Counted from the whole stretch's first letter, positions 24,266 through 36,716 are shown. The stretch is DNA of 57,498 nucleotides, filler included, from Dugesia japonica (GCA_001938525.1; 5 parts of 5 records of this genome joined end to end with filler, not necessarily neighbours in it), one strand, 5' to 3'. Numbers and translations: made by a program. Notes: generated by a model from the sequence alone, not told the origin.

Positions 24266-25099
24266 TTAATTTTTATAATGAAAACAAACGTTAACATTTA
24301 TTTTTATAATGCCAATTGATTTTTTAAATTTTAACAATTTTATGGTTATAATACATTTTCTATGTTCATTTTTGCCACATATTTGTGGCATAATCAGTAA
24401 AACATAATTTTCTAAAACAATCAACTACCTACACTCTTTAACTTTATTCTAGAAAAACAATACATACAGAAACAAAAATATTTAGAATTGGAATTTGTAA
24501 GCACTTGGAAACTGTTGAGAGTTTTATTTTGTATTTAAAAGTAGTAAAGTTGTATTTAGCTACATGTATGGAAGTTTCTTGCAAATTTAGTAACCGGTAC
24601 GACTGTATATAAAATCTCCATAAATATTTATTTAATTACAAATTGTTTTGATATTTTGTTGAAAGTTAAAAATGATGAATATTCATAATATTCAAACATA
24701 TTAACTCATTATTTATTTAAATGATAGGATGTTTTTAAAAAATAACCCATGCCTCAGAGATATTCAAATATTTATATTTACATAAAATGCATTTTCATAT
24801 ATATTTAAATAATATCTAATTTAATATTTTAATATTTCAAATATTTCTTAATACGTTTTAGAAAAATATATTTTAATATATACTCAATAATTTCAAAATT
24901 CACATTTGAAGAAATGTTGAAATAAAATATTTATTAAATAATTTTAATTATAATTTTCAATAATAACAGTTACAAAATTATATTTTATAATTAAACTTTT
25001 ACAATGTAAAATCTACATGGTGTCTAGACACCTAAGACTACAGCGTTTTTGGATTCGGAATTATTTAAGAAAAGAAAGGAAGGAAGGTTCATTTCAAGC

Positions 25100-26040
25100 G
25101 AATATAAAAAAAATAAACTTTACAAATATATACAAAATAAAATATATCACATTATAGTTTTTTTGATTTAAAGTTTCCAATTAGTGATCTCTGAATTAAT
25201 CTAATGAATGAATTGATTGTAGGTTTTTGATTGAATTTTTCATCGCATCGAAGTCCATGCAGATTGATTCGCCTGCATCGCTTGGATGAAGGCTTGGTTC
25301 ATTTGTAGACATGTCGGTTCTTTCACTCAGCAAGTGTTCATTCATTTTTAGAAGCTCTGAGTAGCTAGCATAATGGTCAACATAGTTCAAGGTGTTATGA
25401 ACCATCCATGTTCTCGAACACCAGTTAATGTTGCTAGCGATGCATTGAAATTTGATGTTGGTGATTGAGTTTTGTTTGATGTTGATAGCTTTCAGAATTG
25501 AATCGTTTTCTGATCTCCAACTACCAAGGCAACCGACAATAAAGGTTTTGAGATGTACTTTTCATGTTGGAAGAAAACCTTGTAGTTCTTCACGGAGACT
25601 TATATTTTCGAGATTGTCTTGATTAGCTTTTTCAAAGTTGGCAGAGATATCATGTAGTGTTTTGATATCTATTAAATATAATTCTTTTTGGCCTTAATTT
25701 AACTTGCAAAAAGACTCGAAGCTTTGACTCAATTGATGATGTACGAATAATTAGCAATGCAGTGACAGAGAATGTGACGTATTTGTCTATAGAGAGGTAA
25801 GAGTTTAGTAGGATAGTCGACATTTGAGTAGAATATACTGGGTGCTAAATGCCAGCATTATAGTTAAAGTCTTCATCGGTGGTTGAGACACAATGTAAGG
25901 TATCATCATAGTTGTCAATTGATTTTTGTTCGCATTATAATTTGACTTTAGGCAGCAGAGAAGATTAGACAGCATCTGCGTGAGATTGTTCAATTCAACA
26001 TTTTTCTTTACTCTCTGGTTATTATTGTTGGTCAGGATTG
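25100..26040 (-). mobile_element. 5'-truncated non-LTR retrotransposon, NeSL/R5/Utopia-like (zinc knuckle + restriction-like endonuclease)
   Basis: HILCHCIANYSYIIN (CCHC region), LYLIDIKTLHD..NFEKANQDNLE, KVHLKTFIVGCLGSWRSENDSILKAI. The last is the REL C-terminus pattern of the NeSL clade. Confidence 0.8.
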
Positions 26041-26129
26041 TTAGAAAAAGAATTAGAATTTGGAATAAATTTATTCAAGTAGTACTTATGGATATATTAT
26101 TTATAATCGCAATTAAAATTATCATTAAT

Positions 26130-27282
26130 TCCTGAATTTTCGATATCTAATTTTTCCGTTTGTTTAACTGTNGTTTTTAATGGTAGCTAAGCATCTATAA
26201 ACTAAATTTAATTTATGCATTAACCTCTACCTAAAACCCCTCATGATACACGGAGTACTAAAATGGGGTCGTTATTTTTTTAGATTATTTTCTATGAATA
26301 GTTTGAAGAATTCAACATTATAAATGTCCAATAATATTTCTTCACCAATTGCTACTTGCTTATCGACAAGATCTTCGAATCACAATTCTGAATTCATTTG
26401 ACACGTAGTAAAAAATCCATGCTTGAGACCATTGGGTAATATTATTATAAATAAAGATTTTCCGCTGTTTGAAACACCTTCGCAAATTATTGAAGAGGAT
26501 TTAGTACCCCGTTGAGATATAACCAAACCGACTGCAGCAATCCTAAAATCCACCATATTGGATTCATCACCCAAGCTCGCAGGATCATTTTTAGTAAATT
26601 CATTGAAGCCAAATTTGAAAAAAAGTAATCTCGATTGTATTTAATCATCATCAACGAACGAAAAAATTCCTTGCTATAATTATCATGAAAAACACATTGT
26701 CGAACAGGAATGTCACGATTTATAAGACTCTTTAACAAAGTGCAAACTTATTGACAAATTTTTAGCCTGGAATTTTTCTATACCGACATGGCTTCTACAA
26801 AATCCAACTAAATTTGTTAGCCGGCTAAATGACACATACAAATATTATACTGGCCAAAAGGAAGTATCAAGTCAGGGCTACCGTCTTATATAGTCAGGAA
26901 GTAAACGTCTATCAAAGGAATCCATAAAACTATCAGGATGTTTATATACTCCACTATATATTTGCTGTTTTGTATATTCCCATTGGTCGTATAGTTCCCT
27001 ATGTTTCACTAGTTTCTCTGTGGGAAGCGTAATTAAATGTAGAGATTTATGAGGTAGATTATCTTTTACAATAGTATTTTTTGGATTAATTATATTTTCA
27101 ACTTTAAAATCCAAAATACTTTTGTCAAAACCAGTATTAAAGGCATCAAAACGGGTAGACAGACTTTCCTGAGTAGATGAAGATTGGTTTGAGTGTAATT
27201 TGCCGATAATAAGTTGATTTATAGGCTTAATAGAATGATTAATAGCCCCCTTAATTATCCCCCAAGGCTCATATAACCCCAC
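26130..27282 (-). pseudogene. Endogenous parvovirus-like NS/Rep gene (SF3 helicase), frameshifted
   Basis: Walker A CEGVSNSGKS (about 26455-26484), Walker B FEDLVDKQVAIGEE, B' VEFFKLFIEN, C-like STPCIM. It is preceded by LKMILRAWVMNPIWW..VISQRGTKSSSII, matching parvoviral NS1 context. Confidence 0.85.
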
Positions 27283-27289
27283 GCATGAT

Positions 27290-27470
27290 TAATCGTTATA
27301 TTTTTATATGTGAATGTTTTACTATAAGGTTTATCTATATATTAACATATTTTAATTTGATTGGTCTAATTTATCGTGTATGTGTGTAATGTTTAATTAT
27401 ACAAATATTCTATAATATAACATTTACTTATAAAAATAGGAATGAGTCATAAATAAAAAACATTTATTAA
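27290..27470 (-). promoter_or_regulatory. Viral intergenic region: VP polyA signal followed by putative NS promoter
   Basis: Minus strand: AATAAA (27468-27463), TGACTCA (27449-27443), CCAAT (27364-27360), TATAAAA (27308-27302), about 20 nt before the NS ORF. Confidence 0.45.
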
Positions 27471-27534
27471 ATAACATTAAGGCATAGCAAAATTAGTATT
27501 CAAATGATGAGATTTGGCAAATTTAAGTCTATTA

Positions 27535-28768
27535 TCAGTAATTTTTTGGAAATATTTCTTCTTGCTTTTCATCTTCAGGCTTTGTATGATTATAAAAGAA
27601 ACATGGTATTGCATATGGTATCATTGGTATAACATATTTACCAAAATTTATTGTTTCACCTGGTGCAGACAACATTCTTCTAACACTCATTGATCGTACT
27701 TGACCAAATACTCTAAAACTATATTCACATTCCCAATTAAACGAACATATTAAATGCATTTTACTACCAGCTACACCAACAATTGCATTTAATTTATAAA
27801 ATAATAAAGACATTGGATTATGTTCAGATACATCAAGCAAATTACCCACTTGTTGATATTCCATAAGATTTTTTATTCCCGTATTATTATTTAAATATTT
27901 CAATATATTTGTTTTCTCTGTTTTACCATCTGCTTTCTTTTTACCGTCGAATTCATTAGTTAATCCAATATTAACTCTTCTATATTTATTATTATTCCAT
28001 CCATGCTTTTTTATTCTATGTGGCATAGTAATTAATTGCTTACTCTCTGTAACACTCTTTCTACCCAATTGTCCACCAATCATTGTTCTTAATGGCAAAT
28101 ACTTTTTACAATTGAAATAATCAAATCTATTATATAACATTGGTTTACTTAGTTTAGCCTTTCCTTTAGAATATATATCCTTTTGTTCATCCCATTCTAT
28201 TACATGTCTGGGTAAATTCTTATTACATTTATAACTGTAAATAAATTCATCTCCAGCATTACAATTTCTAATTTCAACTTCTGCACAAGTTTCAAATATA
28301 CAAAAAGGTCCATATGTTGGTAAAGTCACTGATTTCGGAGTAAATAAAGCTCCATTTTTATCTAATCCGTTATGCAGCATTCTTTCATCCTCCCAAATAT
28401 CTGTAAACTATTCACCATTCTTTAATAATGTAGCACAAGGTCCAAATAAATGTGCATTATCTACATATACTAAAAATTCAGCTTGCGGTTGTAGTCCAGC
28501 AGTAGTAGTTGGATTAGTCGCACCCACTACTTGTATATTAAATATACGATATTTCATTTCTAACGGTTCAAACCATTGATAGGCTAGCATTTCTGCAATT
28601 TGTTGTGGAGATTGATTAGCACAATGTGGAAAATAGTATATTAGTGGCTTGGAAATTGTTGTCTCCTGTAGTTGGCCTTGAAATTCATAGTTTGTCTGCT
28701 ATTGAAACCATAAGATGGATGGTATTCATTGTTTCTACTTTAGCCATTTTGCTTAAAGTTTTGGACAT
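27535..28768 (-). pseudogene. Endogenous parvovirus-like capsid (VP) gene; one premature stop and a 5' frameshift
   Basis: KPLIYYFPHCANQSPQQIAEMLAYQWFEPLEMKYRIFNIQVVG..EFLVYVDNAH compares with parvoviral TPWxYF..FSP..FRP..KLFNIQV..VFTD. Also LPTYG..IFET..AGDEFIYSY and C-terminal LLFYKL..CSFNWECEY. ORFs 28408-28590 and 27535-28380 are in frame across one TAG. Confidence 0.85.
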
Positions 28769-30269
28769 GAAGAGTGGTCTAATTTTCGCTAATTCGATAT
28801 ATTTCTAAAACTGATTTTTGGCGATTTTTGTCTCTAATTTTTGGCTAATTTAATAGATAGATCTGTTGGGTATTTCTATTCAACAAAAATATATGGTTCG
28901 TATTTTATAACTGTGTAGTTTTGTTTTCTTCATTTAAATCAACTTAAATAAGACTTGATTCAATATTTTATTTAAAATACAAACAATTCTTCTTTGAAAT
29001 TCTTGCTTTTTGAACGTTTCTTCCAACACTTGCCTTTCCCAATTTATGCTTTTAAATAACAATAAACTTAAACAAAATTATTATATTTATTAAAACATAT
29101 TTTGCAAATAAAAAACTTTCGAATTTAAAATAATTTAAAAATAAAACGATAAAATCCAATTATTAAACTTTTCACTAAATATTTACATTTAAAAACTTTT
29201 GTAAATAAATATTTTTATTAAAGCTTTATAATTAAATTTCAAATATAAATTTAAAAATTTAAACTAATAAACATTGATTTTAATAAAATATTTACGAATT
29301 TTTAAAATACTTAATAATAACTACTGACTAACACACTTGAGAATTTTGCGGAAGTTGATTTTTTTATTTTATTTGTTGTATGTAAATACTACACTATATA
29401 TCAAATATAATTATTCAAAATGTATAAATAGGGCGATATTGATTAATTGACCTTATTTAAATAAATGAAGATAAACCTTTTTGAAATTCTTATTTTTTAT
29501 GTATAATAAAATAACAACTATACCTAACACATTAAGCGCAATATTTTGATTTAGCCGAGTACAACTTTCCTTAGAGGTCTCTGTAAATGAGAAAAATTGG
29601 AAAAACTGATGTTAGCCTTTCATATTTATACTAAATTTACACTGGGCACCGACTACTTTACATAATTTTAAAAAAATTTTCCATAAATAAATACATATTC
29701 CAATTTACTGTTTAAAGATTTCAAATGTACTGTATATGAAAATTTTGCCTGATTGAACTTTATAATAAAGTTCATATCTTTGTTCAAATAATAATAAATA
29801 AAATAAAATCACTAATTTTGTTCAAACAAGATAAGAATTATTGGTTATTTATCATAATAGAATAGAGTCGAAATTTTTGTTGTTCATTGCTTGGAATTAA
29901 TATTGTTGAGGAGTAATTGGCTCGATCTTTGGTTGTTGATTGATAATTTGAAGATCACCTTTTGTATTTAATTTATGCATATGATCCCAACAGATCGTTT
30001 GCGTTTTCATCTTAAATTGAGATTAGATTATCCATAATTATAACATAAATAGAGATTCAATTTTCTTTAGATAGACCGGGAAAGTGAGAGCGAAATAAGT
30101 GATGATTTTATGAGAAATAAATTGATTGTTGAAGAAATAATTGTTGCACGACATTTAGAATCCACTTGAGAAACTGATTATAAATTAATTACTAGTGAGA
30201 AATGTCAATTCCATAAATCGAAATATTCCAGTTTATATTGTAGAAATTTCTTGAAATTCACAAAAATTG

Positions 30270-31420
30270 AAATTTTCAATGTTGAGATATAAATGTAAAT
30301 TGTAGCAAATAAACTACTTTTAATAATCAGTAATGATGATAATTTTTTTAGATTTTTAAAAATCGGCTAAGAATCTAAATATTATTGACCCATTCCTAAA
30401 AATTTTGAATTCGTTGCATAAAAACATTAGATTCCCTACAGAAATGGAATGTACATCTAAACTTTCTTTCCTTGACTTATTAATAGAAATTAATTCCAAA
30501 CATTATGAAACAGATTTATTACAAACCAACCGACACATCTGTTAGTTTTTGTGAATCTCGTTACAAGTATAACATGATTAAAAGTCTGTTGTATAGATCG
30601 TGGACTCTTTCATCTTCATATTTAAGTCTTGTACTAATATTCAAAGTTTAACTTTTTTTCTAAATAAAAAATGTTATTGTAAATCAATTGTAGAGAAATT
30701 AAATCATGAAACAATTGATAAGATCGTTTAAATTAATTCTAATAAATTAAAATTAATAAAATTAAAGATGAAATTAACTATTCGTATTCAGAAGGATTTA
30801 AACAATTTCAGAGTGGGTTATTAAAATATAGAAATGACTCTTCTGATTTTAAAATTGTTTCGCAATATTAAAGCCATTAATATTTTTAGTAATAAGTTAA
30901 AAACACTAATTAAATTATGTTCTGATCTTATTTATAAATATGAATGTAATGGGTGTAATGCCACATACATAGGAGAGATTTCTCGTCATCTCTGTACAAG
31001 AATTCAAGAACATCGTCGAGTATGTAGTGGAAGTCATTGCTGAACATAATATTAATTTTAAATCAGTTATCAATATAAATAAATATAAAATTTTGTGCAG
31101 AAACTTTAAAGATTATTGAGAGAGATATGTGTAAAGTATTGGTGATAATATCAATTGATCCGAAATTTAATGTTGAAACTGGTCTTTCTAAATGTTTATT
31201 GAATGTTTTTAATTAATTTGACTTATTGGAGGGATTGCATAAACATAATCAGAATTTTTTGTATATCAGCATTTTTATAAAAATTAAAAAAAAGAATAAA
31301 TATTATTTTAATAAAGAATTTTCAAAAAAGAATTAAATTATTGTATCCGAAGATGACAGATAATCTGTCGAAACATTTAATAAAAAATATATTTAAAAGG
31401 CGTTTCAAAGTTTATATTAA
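30270..31420 (+). mobile_element. Penelope-like element 3' half (RT thumb, GIY-YIG, pLTR)
   Basis: LNSLHKNIRFPTEME..LSFLDLLI and LIYKYECNGCNATYIGEISRHLCTRIQEH. Confidence 0.9.
31336..31387 (+). ncRNA. Minimal type I hammerhead ribozyme motif in Penelope pLTR (core mutated)
   Basis: CCGAAGA (consensus CTGANGA) T GACAGA-TAA-TCTGTC GAAA CATTTA, then AATAAA. Confidence 0.7.
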
Positions 31421-31779
31421 AAAATTGCCAATTTTCTTTGATTATTTAAATAATTACAAATAATTTCAAAATTGACTATTTAAAAAATGTCAAAATGAAA
31501 TATATACTAAATAATTTTAATTATAATTTTTATATACTACAATAAATTAAATATACTCCATAAAATTTAAAAATTTCGTTTGGCATGAGCTATTTCTTTC
31601 AGTGGATATTAAAATTATAATTTTAATTTATTTTAAACACCGAAGTATTTTTTAAAATTTTTAAATTTGTATTTTTTAATATAAATTTTATAAAGTATAT
31701 AAATTATGCAAATTATAAATCTTATTGATATTAATATAATTTCTTTAAAAACAACATTTATTGTATTTAACAACAAATT

Positions 31780-33275
31780 TTGTCTTTAGCAGTGTCATTG
31801 TAAGTCTATAAATTTAGTTTTGAAAATTGTGTTAAACTGATAATCAATTTGTTCCATTTGCAATAGCACGGGAACATTATCTTGATTGATCATAAATGAG
31901 CTGTTATACAGCCTTAGATAAATTTAATCTTTTCGGAAACCTGCAAATCTTTTGTGGAATGCATTAAATATGCACTGTATTTTCACTGAATTTTTTGTTT
32001 TCAATGAATCAAGAGTAATAGCATGATTAGACATTCGGGTTTTCTGAACTAAACATACCTTTTGTAGTTGTGAAGATCACAATTGAAGTTTTTTAACAGG
32101 TCTTTGTTTTGCAATTTGATGTTAAGCGTATTTAAATGTGCAGTGATGTCCACCAAAAATGCAAAATTTGCCAGCCATCCTGGATCTGATAGCTCTGACA
32201 CTGCATAACCTTTATGTATTATGAACATTTTGATTTTTTTCTCGTAGATCATAAAAACGTTTCAGCCCATTTATTTCACTCAACCATAGTACTTCACAAT
32301 CGCATATTACGTTAGTATATTCAGCTTCAAGTTTAGCTAAAAAACTTTGAAACTGACCAATTTTTTTTGATATAATTTATTGCTTTTACAACAACAGTTA
32401 TCACCTTTTCCAAATTTGCTAATTTACTTTAGAAGGCCTATTGATGAATAATACACTGAAATGTTATTTCAATAATTGTTAATTTAGTTTCTCGTTGTCT
32501 AGCTTTTACAAGAGATACATTTCCAGACTTATTTTCAACTACTGATGGAACTCCATCAGTTGCTAGACTTGTTAATTTTTCTAGTGGGAATTCCAATTTT
32601 TCAACATATCCAAGAATTTTCGAAATATATCTTGCCCTGTTGTGCCGTGCAAAGTAACCTGTGACAATCCGTCAGTTACATGTAAATTAGTATCCAACCC
32701 TCGGCAAAAATTGTGCCAAATCTGTATTATCAGTGCTTTCATCCGTTGCTACAGAAAAAAATGTAAATCTTTTTGCTTTTTCGAACAATTGATCCCTAAT
32801 GTTATTTGGTATTTCACAAATTCTGCGCAATCGTATTACGTAACAAACTAATATTGGTAAAACATTTTTTACCTAGACAAATAATTTTTGCAGCAGTTAT
32901 TATACAGTACTTCACAAAATCTCCCGTAGTAAAAGATTTTATTTCTTTTGCAATCTTTTAAGAAACCAGATAATTTAAATACGTTTTGATGAGATTTATA
33001 GTTGTAGTTCTTAAGGTTTTTCTTTTCTGTATTGACCTATAATCTTGTTATAACTATTATCGTGGTTCGTATCACAATGCCTCTTTTAAGGCACTCATCT
33101 GTTTTCTGCAACTCAGACATTGTACATAATAAAAAATACATTTCAGTTCAAATGTCTCTAAATGCACTTGATTCATTGTCCATTTTCGCTTTATCTTTGT
33201 ATTTACTGACATTTTTGAAATTGGATTCAAAATTATTAATTTATTTTCAACACATTGTAACACGAACGCTCTAAA
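31780..33275 (-). mobile_element. hAT transposase pseudogene (Buster/SPIN/GTF2IRD2-like)
   Basis: KIAKEIKSFTTGDFVK, FSVATDESTDNTDLAQ, LTSLATDGVPS, FQCIIHQ, WLANFAFLVDITAHLNTLNIKLQ. Confidence 0.92.
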
Positions 33276-33570
33276 ATAGAAAAATTCAAAATAATAAGGC
33301 GTACTTAAATGAATTTAAATTTTACTATTAAATTGCAAAATAGACATCTTACAATTTATACTCATGCATAAATAAAGGTAAGAGAAGGAGACTAATCACC
33401 ACCAGCCACCTCATAGTTAAATTACCGTATTTTCAAATTTTCCAAATATGCACATATATATGCATTTATATGCACTTATACAAACTTTATGTACCCCATA
33501 TATACACTTATATATGACCCCTGACATACAGAATATTACATAATAGACAAGTCAAAAAACATAACATATC

Positions 33571-34241
33571 TCAAAATTTATTTGCATTAAAGTACAGTAT
33601 CATATATTTCTGTAGGTTAATATCATTGAAGTGTCTTTCTTCGGTCAACACTTTCTGCAGCAAGAAAAAACTTTCTACCAATATCGATGTTCCTGGACAA
33701 TTTAAAATGTTATTCTTTAAATCTAGCGAAATGTTGTTTAGATCTCCATCTTTAATATTGAATATGTCTGTTTTAATCATACCAGACATTATATAATTTT
33801 GTAAATCTAATTTATCTCCTTCGAATTTCAGATTATATATTAGGTTTAGTACGTCCGTTATACTTTTATTCTCCGTCAAGGAATCATTTATGATGTTTAA
33901 CAACGGTGAGTACGTATTAGAACTTCCACCAATTGTTCTTGTAAACCGTCTCTGTGAAGAGCAGTTTTCATATTACTTACAATTATTCCATCATCAACAA
34001 TATTTCTTACTTCAGATAAGTTATTGGAACAATAAATTGCGGCATGAGTGCAGCGTCACTAATTAAAACCAAGAAATTGTTCTTCCAAAGATCATATAGC
34101 CGGATAGTATCATCTATGACGTTCAACATTATTTTGGCATTTGTAGCCGTATATATCTCTGTAGAATTTACTAGAAAAGTATTTTTCTGGTTTTCCACAT
34201 TTCCGAATATGATATGAATAAATCGCCTATCTTGTAATTGT
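33571..34241 (-). mobile_element. hAT transposase C-terminal fragment (CGGBP1-like type), internally deleted
   Basis: FLVLISDAA and the dimerisation-like motif CPGTSILVESFF..KVLTEERHFNDINLQKYMILYFN. Confidence 0.7.
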
Positions 34242-34341
34242 NNNNNNNNNNNNNNNNNNNNNNNNNNNNNNNNNNNNNNNNNNNNTTAATTAATTAANNN
34301 NNNNNNNNNNNNNNNNNNNNNNNNNNNNNNNNNNNNNNNNN
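34242..34341. other. Artificial contig-joining linker
   Basis: Same 44N-TTAATTAATTAA-44N structure. Confidence 0.95.
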
Positions 34342-34715
34342 TACTGGCATCGTATACATTGTGGTACCTGTCTGGAGTTTTTTACAAATTGGTTCATGTT
34401 TCTTGCTACTTCATTTTTGAATCCATTGAGACAATTAGGACACCATGTTGATTGAATATGAACACCTAGTCTTTCATTATCCCTGCTCATTAGGCCATTT
34501 TGATTCATTACTGCGGTGTAATGAAATCTGTTGTTATTTTCCAGTAATAACAAATACATTTTCTCTCCATCAATTACTTTTCATCGGTGTATTATATCCA
34601 AATTTAGATGTTTCATGATTAATTCATCTTCTTCATCTTCCACTGATTCTTGATTCCATGATAGGATATTGATGGATAGTCTAGGATTATTCTTCTCAAA
34701 CTTTGGTAAATATAA
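34342..34715 (-). pseudogene. Maverick/Polinton protein-primed DNA polymerase B N-terminal fragment
   Basis: LPKFEKNNPRLSINILSW...YLLLLENNNRFHYTAV..LMS...WCPNCLNGF matches the FExxN-SIN / LLL-HY / CxxCL pattern of Polinton PolB N-termini. Confidence 0.75.
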
Positions 34716-35039
34716 TTCTTTTACTTAAACAAATCAAGTGTTTCTTATGTGCCCTATAAAACCTACGTAGTCCCCTAAACCTAATACCTTACAATTAGGA
34801 CACAAAAAATAAGTTTTTCCATAAAACCGTTGGCCATAATATCCTTCCAAGATACTATGGCAGTCACCATTGTGACTCGCACTTGCGCAATGGTTGTATT
34901 ATTTGCAATGTTCTAAAATACTTTAATAATAATATAATAATTTTAATAATAACATAAAGATTTTAATAACATTTTTTTTCTTTATAAAATATATTACCTT
35001 TGATATTTTTCCAAAAACAAAACATATAAGATTGGTAAT

Positions 35040-35420
35040 TTTTAAATAAAAAATCTCATTAGTGTTGCAATTTCTAATAGAAAATCTCATTAGTGATGAA
35101 ATTTTAAAAAAGAAATCTCATTAATGTTGCAATTTTAAATTAAAAATCTCATTAGTGTTGCAATTTATAATATTTATAATAGAAAATCTCATTACTGTTG
35201 CAATTTTTATTAAAGGTCTCAATAGTGATGCAATTTTAAATAAAAAATCTCATTAGTAATGCAATTTTTAATAGAAAATCTCATTGACGATGCAATTTTA
35301 AATAAAAATTTCATTAGTGTTGCAAATTCTAATAGAAAATCTCATTAGTGATGCAATATTTAATAGAAAACTTCATTGACGATGCAATTTTCCAAAATAA
35401 AACAAATTGGTGATGCAATG
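35040..35420. repeat. Tandem array, ~31-bp unit AAAATCTCATTAGTG(T/A)TGCAATTTT, ~12 copies
   Basis: Units are directly visible and contiguous, without unique spacers. Confidence 0.9.
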
Positions 35421-36299
35421 TTCTCAGAAAAATGATAAAAGCATAGAACTTTTTCATTTCAAAAAAAGAGCATTTCTTCTTCATAACAACATAGAGCATT
35501 TCTTCATAATATCATAGCATAGAACATGGTTTTGAAACAGCATATTTGTTCTTCATAATAAATTAGGATAATATTTTTTTTATTAAAATTTAACTTAAAA
35601 AAAAAATTAATTATAAAATTTTAATATTTAAAAACATAATAAAATCAAAAGACTAACGTCAATCTCCATTCACGATCATCAGAGATCCTTCACCTCTTTG
35701 TCTCATTTTGTCAAAATTCTAAATTACATAATTAATTTATTAATAATAATAAATAATAACAATCTTACAGGATTCATAGCTGAAATAAATCTTCTTCCAT
35801 TTTGTTATTATGAATTCATGATAATTCAAAAAAATAAAAGTTAATAATGTTAATAATAATAAATTACTTTAAGCTCTAATGATTTGTTCACTTGTTTTCT
35901 AAAAATAATTTGAAATTGTGATGAATAATAATAAATTTTACCAAGGTTTTCAAATCTAGTCAATCAAATCTAACCAATCAAATTCGAGTATGTGTGTATT
36001 TTAAAATGTAAAATTAATTTAAAATATTGCAGACATATTACGTTGCGGTATTTTAAACCAATTTTACAAAATACATATATATTACGTTGTGGTATTTTAA
36101 ATCAAATTTTATAATTTTTTTGGATAATAAAACGTGTCCAAATATTAATAAAAACATGTATTAAAACCATATTACTTACAGATTTTTTATAAATAAATGT
36201 TTTTTATTTTATTCTTTTTATTCTTAATTTTAATAAATAACAAGGATTTCATTTAAATAAAAGACATTTATTTTTTTTACAGCAAGAACAAATAAATAT

Positions 36300-36650
36300 T
36301 GTCAAGTAAAATGTTGTGTTTTCAACCATAATAAACATTTTTGACCACTTGTAGTTTTAAATGGATCTTGATATCGGATTTTATTGTAGATTATTGGTTT
36401 TGATATTTTAAATAAGTGTGACACCAACATTGATGTATAATAAAATGTAATAGATCGAATACCAGTATTTGAGCCGGTTTATTGTAAACAGCTATCCAAG
36501 GTTCTCCACCTAGATTTGATGTATGAGTATTGACAATTAAAGCATTGTTTACTGGAATATATTTTGGAAGTTTATCTAACGCATAAAAACCTAATCATGC
36601 TGATCCAAGCCACTTTGATGCAATCCGATCAATCTGAATAGTACTATTAA
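36300..36650 (-). pseudogene. Maverick adenain-like cysteine protease, decayed
   Basis: LGFYALDKLP...LIVNTHTSNLGGEPWIAV...VFD (the GxHW His is mutated). After a frameshift comes YNKIRYQDPFKTTSGQ (the catalytic Cys is mutated). Confidence 0.8.
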
Positions 36651-36716
36651 AATAAAAATCATTAATATAAAAACCCTTACTTCATAACATGTAACAATTA
36701 CACAACATATTGTTTA

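Noticed and set aside
27283-27534. Parvoviral terminal hairpin or CRESS nonanucleotide stem-loop between VP and NS
   Set aside because: No GC-rich palindrome or TAGTATTAC-type stem-loop visible. TAGTATTCA at about 27494 lacks a flanking stem.
35040-35420. CRISPR-like appearance of ~31-bp repeats (also 3349-3600)
   Set aside because: The units are contiguous or have homologous spacers, there are no cas genes, and the context is eukaryotic.
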